Shown: positions 1-13,249, numbered from the stretch's first letter. The stretch is DNA of 64,000 bases from Yuukianura sp. NJ FZ-2021 (GCA_046563655.1 CM102286.1:14942001-15006000), one strand, 5' to 3'. Numbers and translations are program-made. Notes: generated from the letters alone by a model not told the origin.

Positions 1-47
1 ATTTTTTTTAGAAAAAATGTTAACTGTTTTGTTTTTGTGTTTTTTAG

Positions 48-3000
48 TTGGTGAATGTTCCCGAAGATGCTAATGGTCTCCTTGACCTCAATTTCTTGGA
101 AGAGAGGTTAAAAGAAGCCTCGGAGAAGAGGGATGATCTGATTGGTGGAGAGGGGAAACGGAGGCTTCTAATTGGTGCTTTCTCGGCCGCTTCCAACATT
201 AGTGGAATTCCAACGAATGATGTTGCAGTGACTGTTCTGATGCACAAATATGGTGGGATTGCACTGTGGGACTACTCTGCAGCAGCCCCGCATGTTCAAG
301 TGGTCATGAATCCAGTAGTCTTCAGTTCGAATCAACCTCAGGGAGCGGCTAAAAAAGATGCTCTATATTTCTCTGGTCATAAGTTTGTTGGTGGACCACA
401 AACGCCTGGTGAGTTATTGCGAAACTTACAAAAATTATCACCAATTTTTTGGCAATAACCACACAGCTCCACGTGCCTGCTTGGTGTGAAAAACAAAAAG
501 AAAAAATAGCTTTTAGTTTTGTTTTTTGCAAAAAGTTTTGCATATAGCCCATCTTACTTACAGTTTTCTTGCATTTGCTGTAATTTTTGCACATTGATGC
601 TGGAGGGATCTCAACTAGATCTGTTTTTTGTTTGTTGTTCTTTGTCTGGTTTGAGTTGGGATGAAAATGAAGCGTGAGAAATTCCATTAGGATTTTGAGA
701 GATGAAGAGATGAAGGTCACCTTTAGAAGATTGCCTGTCAATGTGCGATTGGACTCGGAGGAAGTGAGTCGTGCTCACAAAAGTCGTTAAAGTTATTTTT
801 AGTTTCCTTTTGAGACAAAGTGATTTTGACTTTGGGAGTTAACTGACAGCTTGAGGTTGAAAGTGTTAATTTCTCAATTAGCAAATACTTTAATTAGCTA
901 AATTTTTGGTTTTTCGCAGGGGTACTTGTTGCAAAGAAATCCTTGTTTGAAAATAGAAGTTCAAGTGTTGGTGGAGGTGGAACAGTTTTCTTTGTCACTG
1001 CTGACTCACATCGATACTTGAAGGTTAGTGGATTTTAATTTTAAATTTAAACTTTTTAAGTTTCGAAACCTACTTTATGCATTTACCGTGTCTGTCTGTT
1101 GGCCACAATTATCTCGAATTTCCCAATATTTCCGGAATCTGTTAAATTCGTTCCTGGTCAAAGGTCTTTTTTTCAAAAGGTCAAAGGTCAACTTTTTCAT
1201 GTTACCGTTCATAAAACCATAGTATACTTAAGTTCAAAAGGGCATGGCCTTGTCACAAGTCGTTTGGGAATGCGTCTTTCGCTACTTTCGTACACTCTGG
1301 GTTACATCCGGATTTTTATTAATATATTACTCCCATTTGATATATGTTAGTACGTTTTTGTTCGCTTGACCTGAATTTTCATGTGAGAACAGAAAGTGGA
1401 ATCTCTGGGTGTTGAAATTTGGAGAATCATTTATTTTTGTAACTTTTGCTTTTATTTTTGCAGAATGTTGAGTTTCGAGAAGAGGGCGGAACGCCAGGGA
1501 TTTTAGAGAGCATTCGACTTGGTTTGGTCTTTCGTCTTCAACAAACTGTTGGATTCCAAAATATTATTTCACGTGAAGCAGTTTACGTCAAGTGAGAAAC
1601 AAGGAAAAATCAAAAATTTAAAAGAAACAAGATTTTGAGTGTCAAAATGAGTCATTTGGGAAATTAAAAATTTGGATTGTGGTTTTTGTCTATTAGGAAA
1701 ACACTTGCGGATTGGTCAAAAATTCCAGAAATCAAGGTTTTAGGACCAACTCACTCTGCACGTTTGCCCATTTTATCATTTCTGATTGAACATGGTCCAT
1801 CGGTGAGTTGACAATTTTGTTTTGTACTTTTTTGATGTTGGTCATTTTGACTTTTTTGTTTACCCAACAATAATTTTTAGTAAACAAAAAGTTAATTAAA
1901 ATGTCATTTTGTGTGTAAATAGGGATACTTTCTACACTACAACTTTGTTACTGCTGTTCTCAATGATTTGTTTGGAATTCAAAGTCGAGGTGGATGTGGC
2001 TGTGCTGGACGTAAGTTGTAAAAAGAAAACTTTCAAAATTTTGAAGAATTTTGAGTAATTTTCAAAATTTCGATTTTTCAGCTTATGCACAGAGTTTGCT
2101 AGGAATCGATTTGGAATTGGCACGAACTTATGAAAATCTTCTGCTCGAAGACTGGTAAGTGTCTACTGCGTTGTTACTTTTGAAATTTCTCAGAACTTTG
2201 TTATGCCAAAGTCGTACTTTGTTATGCTAAAGTTGTTAAAGTTAATTTTAACGTTGTTTTGTTAAGTTGATTAAGATTGAGCAATAACTTTCATACGGAG
2301 AAGTTGTTGATAGTTTTAGTAGTTTTTGGTAAACTGTCTATTGAATGCGTTACTCCAAAAGCTGGGGAGAAGTTGTGGAAATTGATGAGGTGACACAATG
2401 ATGATGTTGAATTTATGACTTTTGGTTTTTGGAGGCGATTAGACCGTGACCATTTGAGAAGACAGCAAGAGGGGTCCTCTTATGAGATTTTCCGTCCAGG
2501 ATTCACACGCATTTCTATTCCGTATCATGCCTCTCATCAAGAAGCAGACTACGTGTCTCAAGCAGTCCAACTAATTGCAAAACACGCCTGGAAAATACTG
2601 CCACTCTACTCTTTCAATCCAGAAACAGCAGAGTTCCACCATCACATCAATTACGTACGAAACCTCTTCACTTTTCAATTTAAAGTTCTCACCTCAAAGT
2701 TCTCGTTCTAAAAAGAGTTTGTGTCATTTGTGGATGCAGCTCCATCAACGACGACTGTGGTTGAGCAACGCCGTCTTTGAAGTTGACGGAATCCGCTCAA
2801 AAGAACGCTCAAGAAACAATAGTGAAGATTATCCAAATTACGAAGAGTGCCTGCAACAAGCCAGAAATATTTTTCAAAACGCCCAAAACGTAAGTTCCTT
2901 AAGTGTTTAGCATTTATTAATTATTACAATACTAAAGAAATGTGGTGGTTTTTTGTCCGTGTTTGGAAACTTCTGGACAGTTGTGGACACTTCTTATCTT

Positions 3001-5828
3001 TTGATCTTTTTGTGAAAAATAATTTTTTTTTTTCGTTTTTAAATAACTTTTGGAGAAAAAATTGTCAAATGTTATTGTGAAATTGTGATTTTGGATGACT
3101 ACTGAACGAGTCTGCGGCGGAGCCCCAGTGAGTATGTGAAGCATGCTTGTGACTACAAAAATTAAATGTGTTCCATTTTTGCATAACGTGGGATTAGGTT
3201 TTATCAACCACTTGACTTAAGTTTTTGTGGTATTATCGCTTGTTTTGCGCAATTGTGAGCCTTGTAGAGTTAAAAGTGTGAAAACAAAGGATTAATTGAA
3301 GTGCAAACTGCATTGTGTTTGTATTTTTATGTTTTTAGCTTTGCAAAAGGAGGAACTTATCAAACCAGACTCTGCTCTTCCATCCCTCGGTGGCCCATCT
3401 TCGGTGGTTTCTACTTCCGTCAGAAAGTAGAGATTTGGTCCTGGAAGAGTCCAGTCCAGCACAAATCAAGAGTCAACGTCCCTTTCAAGTCAAAGTGTTT
3501 CCAGCATCAGAAAGTACGGACGACCTCAGTTGCCAAAACTACGAAGTGGGCAGTGTGCCTTACCAAATGATGCAGTCCGTCTGGGGAACAGCGGAGTCAA
3601 GGTCACCGGTCCACCATATCCGCAGTTCTCAAAGTGGGAGTGACCTCAACTGGACTTCTGGAAACGAAAGTGACAATGAACTGAGGATTCCAGGCACGAC
3701 GGTCACCGGACCGTCGATTCGGTTCTGCGGATCATTCGGCCGAACTGGACGAGAGTCGCCGCTGGTGCTGGCCAAAGTGGACACCCCCATGTCCACGTCC
3801 ATGTCAACGGAACTTCATGGACAGGTCGTGGACGGACAGGTCCGGCCTTGGACGAGTCATGGACAGACCGCCTCAGGCAGTCCAGTGAACATTAGTCAAA
3901 ATGAAGCACAGTTTCAAAGTTTCTCACCGTATCCGGAATACTCACCGCCGCCACATCAACCTACTCAGCCTTATGTCAACCAGTATCCGCAGTATCCTTC
4001 ATCCTCTCCAGTCCCAATTCAACAAAATACTGGCAGCATCAACTTTTACAACAATGGACACACTGTGCAGTCTCCAGTACTGCCGTGCTGTCCTTCTCCT
4101 TTTCCCTCAAATGTGATTTCTCCAGGCATGAATTGTAGTGCACAGTACCCCAATCAAAATGCTGGAAATTATCAAAGTCAAAGTCCAGTTGGAGTGCAGA
4201 CTCAGTTTTTTGATAGGTCAGGGTCACCGCAAGGTCAAGAGCCAAGATCTGGACACACTTTGAGTCCAGCCAGACAGCTCAAGAGTAGTTTTTCACTGGA
4301 TTCTGCTTTTGCAGAAGGGAACAATGAGGACCGTGTGAACATTGCTATGCGCAGAGTCACAAATGAAATTGCACTGGAACTGAAGTCAGAACTGCGTGAA
4401 GTGATTAGTCAAGTGGAGCAGGGGATTGATCCAGACGGAATACGGGAGAGAGCGAATAGTTTTAATACGAAGCATGATCGGAGGCTGGATGCACTCAAAA
4501 AGAGAACAAGGACTTTAAGTGGCCATGTTTTTAATCAAATCCATCGACATCATTCGGAGGAACCGAAAATACCCGACCTCAAGCATCTTCTTCTCGAAGA
4601 AGTTCCGACTTCGGATGGACCGAACGCGAAATCGCTGCCAGCGCTAAAGTCACTTTTACACAAAACTGTGCCGCTCAAGAGTCAAACTGTGAAGAAAAAT
4701 AAAAATGGAACGGCAGGAGTCGGGTGGCGAAGTCCCCCAAAAGAAATTTTCAAACCGACACTGGAGGTAGACAAAACTAAAATTGAAAGTCCTTGGTTTT
4801 TTTAAAATGTTCAGTTTAAATTTTTTTTTATATTTCAGGCTGTTCGTGAGTTTTGCATGATCAAGAACGGTGACAAGATTTTAGTTTGTCTGAGTGGCGG
4901 GAAAGACTCGCTTTCTCTGCTCCATACGATGCGTCAGTTGCAGTTTTTGTTGAAAAAAGAAGAGATTGAGTTTGACCTTGGAGCAGTTACGGTTGACCCC
5001 GCCAGTTCTGCCTATGACCCCCGACCACTCATTCCCTATTTAAAAGCACTCGGAGTCCCTTATTTCTATGAAGAGCAAGGCATCATGCCTCTAGCACTGG
5101 ACAAGGGGTCATCTGGGGTCACTTCTATTTGTAGGTTAGTCATTTTGAGACATTTGATCAGTGATTTGACGTTTCTTGACCTTGAGATAAATTGGAACTT
5201 GGCTCCACTTTAAATTGAAATGTTTGGATTTTATTTTTAGCTTCTGTAGCCGAATGAAACGAGGGAGGATTTATGCGACGGCGAGACGAGAGGGGTACAA
5301 TGTGCTGGCCTTTGGACAGCATTTGGATGACCTTGCAGAAAGTTTCATGATGTCCACTTTTCATAATGGACTCTTACGTACTATGAAAGCCGCCTATACT
5401 ATCAAGTAAGATTGTGCAAGAAAAAAATCGAATAATCGATTACTAATTGAAGTTAATCGATTGATTTTGTTTTAAACAGGGAAGGAGACTTGCGTGTGAT
5501 TCGTCCGTTTGTGAATGTGAGAGAAAAAGCGCTGAGAGATTTTGCAGAGTCGAGTGGACTGCCGATTATTCCTGAAAATTGTCCAGCATGTTTCACGGCT
5601 CCAACGGAACGACATCGTGTGAAGCAGTTGCTGGCTCAACAGGAAATTTTGTTTCCGATGCTGTTTGTGAGTCTCCGCTCAGCACTGCATCCGCTCATGG
5701 CCATCAACAAAACGGGAATGGAAAGTACAGTAAGGTCCAGAAAGAAAAAGAGCGGGGAAAATGGAACGATTGACAACAACAACCAATCAGGAGCAGCGGA
5801 ACTGCTGGATGATGGAGACAGCGAGTGA
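48..5828 (+). CDS. Multi-exon fusion protein: class V PLP-dependent cysteine desulfurase-like domain, S/P/Q-rich linker, TtcA-like tRNA thiolase (PP-loop); 5' end lies upstream of the window
   Basis: GT-AG exons join in frame (approx. 48-408, 920-1023, 1464-1591, 1697-1802, 1923-2010, 2083-2154, 2435-2656, 2740-2889, 3339-4766, 4839-5133, 5242-5406, 5480-5828). N-part motifs: WDYSAAAPH, FSGHKFVGGPQTPG (PLP Lys), REEGGTP, RGGCGCAGP. C-part motifs: LSGGKDS, CSFCSRMKRG, GQHLDD, RVIRP, NCPAC. Confidence 0.88.
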
Positions 5829-6243
5829 CACCGGCATGAAATTAAGCATTGACGATTTATAAATATTTTGGAACATTCGGTACTTTCTGTTCCGGTCTAT
5901 TTCTCTTGTGAGGTCGGTTCGTTTCAGTTTGTGTTTCGTACCGACGATACGACACGTTTCTGAATTAGTTTTTAGGAAGGCGTAATTGTTTGAAACTTAA
6001 CCTAACTTACGGATGCTCTGATGAAGATTTTACGTGAAGAAAATATTATAATGTTATAATTATAATAATAAGATATAGTAATTATGATAGTTTTTATTGT
6101 GCCAATTCGGTTAACGGTACTTTTTTAAATATTAGATATAAATAAATTAAGTATAATTTATAAATTATAAATTATAATTTATAAATATAAATCAGAATTT
6201 TCCAGTGAAAGTGGTTATAGCTATTAGAATTTTTGCTTTTGTT

Positions 6244-7063
6244 TTAGCATTTGCAACCAACGGAGCACTTTGATCCCTCTGCGTCTCCGCAGTTGCAAGT
6301 TACTGTGCAGCAGTCGGATTTTCCAGCATCTCCGCAGTTGCGAGATACTGTGCAGACACACGGTTTTCCAGCATCTCCGCACTTACAAGTTACCTCGCAG
6401 CATTTTTCAGCATCTCCGCACTTACAAGATACTGTCAACGTGCAGCAGTCGGGTTTTCCAGCATCTTCACACTTGCAAGTTACTGTGAAGACGCAGCATT
6501 CCGGTTTTCCAGCATCTCCGCATTTGCAAGATACTGTCGCTGTGCAGCAGTCGGAATTATCTCCGCACTTGGAAGTTGTCACCGTGCAGCAATCCGATTT
6601 TCCAGCATCTCCGCACTTGGAAGTTGTCACTGTGCAGCAGTCGGACTTTCCAGCATCTCCGCCCTTGCAAGTTATAACGCAGCAGTCGCATTTCTCAGCA
6701 TCTCCGCACTTGCAAGATACTGTGAAGACGCAGCATTTTCCAGCATCTCCTCGCTTGCCGGATACTGTCAACACACAGCAGTCGGATTTTCCAGCATTTC
6801 CGCACTTGCAGGCTACTGTTATTTTGCAGCAGTCGGATTTTCCAGTTGCTTCACACGATTGAGCAGTTGTGTTTTCTGTAAATGGAAAAAAGTTACAATG
6901 GTGCTAGGAATTTAGAAAATTCGTAAAAAAAAAAACTTGAAAAGCAGTGTTGTAGAAAGGCAAATTTTGAAAAGAAGAGTTGAAAAAAGGCAAATTTAAA
7001 AAAAGAACAATTTTAAGAAATAACATTTTGAAAAGTTGACTTACTTTGGCAGCAGGACGACAT
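6244..7063 (-). CDS. Long repeat-built metallothionein-like Cys-rich protein (~216 aa)
   Basis: Exon 1 7063-7045 (MSSCCQ, gtaagt donor) splices in frame to exon 2 6875-6244. About 12 repeats of C-K-C-G-D-A-G-K-S-D-C-C-x-V-T, C-terminal GCKC, almost no aromatic residues, MREs upstream. Confidence 0.85.
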
Positions 7064-7158
7064 TTTTTGAAGAATTTTTGTTTCGTGTTAGTAATACTTT
7101 GAAGTTTGTTTAAAGTTAAGTGGAAGTTAAGTTGAGCAAGTGAGTTAAGAACGGGAGC

Positions 7159-7263
7159 TTTTATATGATTTTCTTTCCGTTAGCGTTTGTTACTCTAACA
7201 AAGTGTCGAGTGCAAAATGTAGTGAGCCGTGTGCAACATTTTTAGTACTGCGTGCCGTGTGCA
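7159..7263 (-). promoter_or_regulatory. Metallothionein promoter: TATA box and three metal response elements
   Basis: Minus strand: TATAAAA at 7165-7159; TGCACTC at 7214-7208; TGCACAC(GGC) at 7235-7229 and 7263-7257. All match the MTF-1 core TGCRCNC. Confidence 0.8.
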
Positions 7264-7649
7264 AAAGCAGAAGTTCCTCGTGCAAACATTTTTCAACATA
7301 GTGAGTAACAGGACAATGCCTCGCATGTAATTTCCATTACTTCTTGCATTTTATAACTTAAAGTTAAATTAATTTAGTTTCAATGCACTTGTTACTTTAT
7401 GCAACTAAATTTCAAGTCCCAATGCAATTTATATTTTTTCAAAGCGCGTAAATTCAAAAATCGTCCATTTCAAATTCCAAAATCCTCCGCCCCAAAGAAA
7501 AAAGCATATAAAAAAAGCTCCTCGGGACAACAAGAACGAATGGATTTTTGTTGAAAACTTTTGTAACACAAACTATAAAAACTTGATTTTTAACTTTTTA
7601 GTTTGCGGTGTTCAATTTCACGACTTTTCCTAATTTCTGTTCACCAATT

Positions 7650-10600
7650 ATGGCAAATCGTTGGAGACAAGTCAGCGATCAAATCATGCAGGATCCACCA
7701 GACACAGACACGCCGGGTATTCCGCCACATTCTTCAAAAATTTCAATCACATATTCCAAAATTACACCATTTTTCAAAATTTCAATCAGAATTTTCATTT
7801 TTTTTTAAATTTTGTTCCTAGCAGATGGAAAAAGGACGCCCTGGGGTCCAAGAATTGGAAAACCAATTGGGAAAGTCAGCAAAGGTTTCTCCTGCATTCC
7901 AAAATTTCAAAACTCCAAAATTAAAAAAAATCACTCAAAATCAAACTCCCGCGTTTTTTTAGCCCGAACTGCCGACGCTAAAGCATTTCTGGTGTACCGT
8001 GACGATGAGACTGACGAGTTCAAACCCACTTCGGTGGCGGCCATTGACGTTTTGTCCACCGTCCCACCGGACAAAAAGCTTGAACCGGCCGAGCGTGAAC
8101 TTGTGGACGCCGTGGCATCAAATCTCGAGCGAAGTCTTTCACTGGAAAAAATAGTTCCGGAACAAAAAGGGCCGGAGATTCCGTACGAAGTTCAAGTGGA
8201 AATTGACAAAATGCCGACATGGCTTGGAGCCATGGTGGCTTTTCGCTATGACAAAATCAAGTCATTCTTTAAAGAAGAGACTTTGAAGTTCCTGAAAGGC
8301 GTTAATTTGAAGATTGACAAAGAGTATCGACCAGAGTTTGCGTACTTTGCGGGTCTCATGACCTCCGACCAGGTCATTTCCTACGAAGATGCAGAAGTGG
8401 ACAAAGAAATTTCAGAAGTGACACTCCAAGCACCAGAAGAAGAAGGGCCGAAAGAAAAACTGCTAAAAAATGACGGCTACGTTGTATTTCTAGTCACTGA
8501 AGCAAGTAAGACCTTTGTTCCATGCCATTTCGTCGAACGAATTCTTCCGAAATTAATTACTTCGAAAGTCAAATTCCTATGTAAAGTAGTTGTTAAGCTA
8601 ACAAAAACTAACATTCGACTTTCGAAGGAATTTGTTTCGCAGTAATTCATTCGACGAAATGGCGTGGTACGGAATGATTCAAGCATTTTTTTTTAAATTT
8701 CAAGTTTCTAAACTTTTTTTTTCGTTGAAAAAGTTGGAAAATGGAAGCGAAACAAAGAGAATTCCAAAATGTGGCATCCTAGACTCGTGCACGCAGTTGC
8801 CAAAAAGTTGCGTCATGACTTGACCTTGAAACCAAGCCCTGCTGACCTCGCTCTCACCAAACAAGATGTCATTCATCATCATCACTCAGACTCTGATGAC
8901 GAATCGGATTTTGACGAATTTGGAAAACTTAAGTGGGAGGTCAACTTTTTCAAAAAAATGAAAGTTTGAAACTTCTTTTCAAAAATTTTGAAAACTGGTT
9001 GTTTTTAGGTCATTCGCAGGCGGGAAGCAGCTCAACGCGACGCTGAATTTGAACTTGAGCTGAGTTTAAGCAAAGTTCCGAAAATACGGAAAGCTCCAGG
9101 ATATGTTGACGCTGAATCGCTGAAATCCAACACAAAACAGCTGGAAATCAAAGTAAAAGCGCTGAAAAGGAGACGCAAAGACAGAGGACTCGGCAAAGTC
9201 GCAGTTCGACGACAACTTTATAGACGCGGTCACTTTCGGCGACATTCGCGGCTGCTTGTCAACCGTTGCGGAGACAAAATGTTTGAAAGTCAACATTCTT
9301 AAAAATTTTGAATTTTTCTTAAAAATTTTGTGTTTTTTAAAGTGTTCGGCCAAAACGGCTCGAGTATCACGTGAGATCCGACGACAGTTTTCATCACTAC
9401 GTCGTCACACTCGTGGGCTCAATTTGGTTTCGCAGTTTTATCATGTTCATGATCTTCCTCAATGCAATCGTCCTCACTATTGAACCACTCGACTACTTCA
9501 GAGACTACGCCATCTACTTCCGGGTCATCGATGAGGTCAGAGGTCAACTTTTTTGGTCACAAAGGTCATTGAGGTCATTGACCTTTTGTATTCCAGTTCT
9601 TTCTGGCAATGTATCTCTTGGAAGCCATTCTGAAAATTTACGCTCATCCCATTGGCTACTGGAAGTCAGGATTCAATGTCTTTGATTTTTGCATTTTGGT
9701 CATTTCTCTAGTCAAGGTCAGCACGGTTTTTTATTCAAAATTTTTGTTTTTTGTTAAGAAATTGAAATTTTTTGGAAAGATGATCAACGATTGGCTGGAT
9801 GTGGCGGACATTCGGTTTCTGCGTGTGCTGCTCATCGTTCGGGCTCTCCGAATTCTCAGAGGAATCTCGCTGTCCATTCAGTTGCAAGTTTTAGTCGCAG
9901 CACTTGCTCAAACAGTCAGAACGCACGTCGTTAGCGTCGTCCTCCTCTTGATTCTTTTACTCTACATCGCTTGTAATGAAATAAATATAATATAATATAA
10001 AATGTAAATATAAAATATAATAAATCTTGTTTGAATTTCAGCAATCGGGGCCTTTTACCTCTTTTCCGATCGAAACCCAGCGTTGCATCGAAGTTGGGGA
10101 AACATTTTTGGAGGGATGCTGCGAATGCTGGTGTTCGTCACTGTGAGTTACAATTCAAATTACTACAAGCATTTATGTTTAATAGGAAAAGAAATCATTT
10201 TAAATTTTTGCAAAATTTTGGTTTTAAATTTTAAAATTTCTGAAAAGATGGATGGATGGACGGACATTTTGGAAGAATTTGAGGTCGGTGGTTTGCGAAC
10301 GCTCGGACGAGCCTTCAATCTCATCTGCATTGTTTTGGGAAACTTTATGTTTTCAAACATCTTCATTGCCATTATCATCATGAACATTACTGAAGCGACG
10401 GAGCTCTACCGCGTAAATTTCAAAATTTGAATCCAAAATTTCAAAGTTTCAGTTGAAAAATTTTAATTTTTGCTAATTGAAATAAACTGGCTTCATTCAG
10501 GAACGAATGCGACGAGACAAACAGGAAATTGTACGACGCAAGAAGGAGAATGTTTTCCGTCGTCAGAAACTGGACATGCGTCAACTTCTTGCACGTCAAA

Positions 10601-11064
10601 AGAAGTCAACGTCAACTGACTTTTACCATTTAGCAGAACAGTTTCAAAAACTACTAAGACATGACGACCTCGTCAAAATGACTGACGTTTGCTCCTCTCC
10701 ATTGTGGTTGGACGCTCTCTACAAAACGCTTCTGCGTACTCATCACACCTCCATTTTGTAAATTGAACTTTTCCTCATGCAACTTTTATCGGCACATGAA
10801 TCAATTCTCATGTTTTTTAGACTGATGAATCTGCATCGTCTCATGGCTGAAAACATGGTTGATTTGAACCGGTTGTACTCAAAAGGCAGAATGGAAGTGA
10901 AGACAATTCGAAGAGGAAGGTACAACAGATACATGCGAATCAAAGCCAAGTTGGCTCTACTCAAAAAAGAAATTTTGAAATTACGAAACGATCCGCCAAA
11001 ACAGCGACTGAGGGTTCGGCTGCCGTCGGATGATTCCGTTCCTCAATCGGCTGAACAACCTTAA
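7650..11064 (+). CDS. CatSper-type (CatSper3-like) single-domain 6TM cation channel alpha subunit with a long N-terminal extension (5' exon linkage less certain)
   Basis: S1 FRSFIMFMIFLNAIVLTIE, S2-S3 EAILKIYA..YWKSGFNVFDF, S4 RFLRVLLIVRALRILRGI, pore VFVT|MDGWTD across intron 10143-10247, S6 GNFMFSNIFIAIIIMNI, then a coiled-coil tail. Confidence 0.8.
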
Positions 11065-11377
11065 CACACCAAGTGCTTCGCAAAAACAAACATTTCAAAA
11101 CAAAAAATTGGTTTTTCAAAAATTTACATTGGTACAAAAGCGTTAAACCATTTCTTAGTTAGTAAGAATATTTAAAAAATGAAAGAAAAACTATAATCAG
11201 CAGATTCAGTGGGTTAGACACGCCTTTGAAGAGAAAGTTATTGATTTTAATTTGAAATGGAAAATGAGCACAAGGAGAGGGAAAGTTTCTCAAAAACTAA
11301 AAATAACACTAGTTTTACGAAATACAAAAAGGTGAAATTTTGAAGCGGTTGTTTCATTTTTTTTTTTTGGAAGTGAG

Positions 11378-13249
11378 ATGGAATCAAGTGTGCAGGAAAA
11401 GTTCAACAGGAATCTGGAGGTAGAAATTCAAATTTTCAAACCAAAACATTTTCGTTTTCTTAGTAAATTTCAAAATAATGTTTGTATTTTGAAGGTTTTG
11501 GAAGAAGTGTTGAGCTACTTGGATTTGGTTGATTTGAAATCAGCGAGATTCGTGTGCAAAAGTTGGGCGTTCGCAGGGGGGAGGGCCTTCAGTCACAAAG
11601 TTCTCGTGGCACATGAACCCTCGTCGCTCGCCAATTTGGAAGAAGTTGCTCAATTTTTAGCCAAACATCACATCAGACACACACTCAAACTGTCTCTGCT
11701 CATGAAATTTCCTTGGCCATGCGACAGAGACTACTACCCGGCATATTCGCTTCACAGCGACCCAACCACCAACACCATTGCCCACTTCAAACCATACTTT
11801 ACGCAGAACAATTGTGACTTGTACGTTGATTGCATTTCAAAAATGTTGCTGCGTCCCCTAGCAACGACCAACACCACAACTGAACTGTACTTGGAACTGA
11901 TGCTGCGGGATGCTGGAGATGCTGGATTCCTCGTCAGCATTTTGACACAAACCACTCATCTGCGCAAACTCGCTCTTGTGCTGGTCAACTCCACGGACGA
12001 AGCAGTCCAAAGTCTGCCGCTCAATTTCAAACTCCCGCCAACTTTCCAGTCACTCGGATTCCGACTTTTTGTGAAACATGAATACGCAGAAGCAATAGTT
12101 GTAATTTAGCAAAAATTCATGAAAATATGAAAGTTTGAGGAATTGTACGAAAAATGAATTGTTTTAAAAATATAGTTGGTGTTCTTTCTTTTGTTGTAGA
12201 CTGGTCATGAGTATCCAGATCAATGGACACTGGAATCCTACATTCACTTTTTGAAAGTATTCGAAAAGCGACTTCGTTTTCTCGACTGTACTTCATATCC
12301 TCTGATCCGTCCACACTTGGATTGCCATACGTACAAAGTCCGATCATGTTCCAAAGCTCTAAAAATTATTTGTGACCTTGATGACCTTGCCCTGCGCAAA
12401 TTTAAAGGGCTGCGTGCCAATCTGTCGAATTATATTTGTTTAACCCCCATTCCGAGACCACTCAAGTACTTGGCAGTCACCAGTGCCAGTCATGACGAGT
12501 ACAGCGGTGTTGAAGAAAACGATTTCAGACGGGAACCTTTCGTTCCCAAAACGCTTTTACCATACGCAACAACTTTAAGGATTTGCCAACTATTTTTGTA
12601 CCCTAGAGATGACTACATCACTTGTAAGAATACGATGCCCCTATTACCAGTACTGGAGGAGTTGAGTATTGTGCAGAGGTCGGCATTCCACGAAACTGAT
12701 ACTCGATCCAGCGATGTCATGAGCCTCCGACTTTTGTTTCTGGTGAGCAATCGATTGGCACAATTCAAAATTTTGAACTATTATTTTTTTGGTTGTCAGG
12801 GTGGATCTGAAAAGTTTAGTTCGGTTCTGCCATCGCTGAAGTCACTCACATACATTTCCGTCCCGTTTGTGGAAAGTACACAAGAATTCACAGAAATTTT
12901 CCCCGGGAAAGACGATAGTGGACTTCCGATTGAAATTCCTCAGCTGGAATTCCTCGTGGTTTCCATGACAACGGACTGCCTCTCTCCGGAACTGAGCCAA
13001 GTGATGGGCATGTTCCCCCAACTCAAAGTGTTGAGACACCTCAGGAAAGTGGAAGGTGGATTTGGAGTTTGTGACCACCAGAGGACCCTTAAGGGCTCAC
13101 TCACCTCGGGGCACTTGACGGGAAAAGTTCTACCACAAGAACCACTACTACAAAACAGTTTCCACCAACTGCGCCTGCGCAGTCACGAATATCCTTTCTT
13201 TTACTCTTATGTTGAACCACACGAGTCGCAAGTCGAGTGTAATGATTAA
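11378..13249 (+). CDS. F-box protein with divergent LRR-like C-terminus
   Basis: VLEEVLSYLDLVDLKSARFVCKSW F-box motif. An intron at ~12101-12200 joins ORFs 11378-12109 and 12251-13249 in frame. Confidence 0.7.

Noticed and set aside
6251..6862. 203-aa plus-strand ORF with QQSDFPASPHLQ repeats
   Set aside because: Antisense shadow of the metallothionein; the minus strand has the ATG exon, splice sites, TATA box and MREs.
9536..9597. Clustered AGGTCA motifs (also ~1157-1190, 58345-58380, 62345-62435) as nuclear receptor elements
   Set aside because: They recur in unrelated introns and UTRs as a simple-sequence motif; function cannot be supported from sequence alone.
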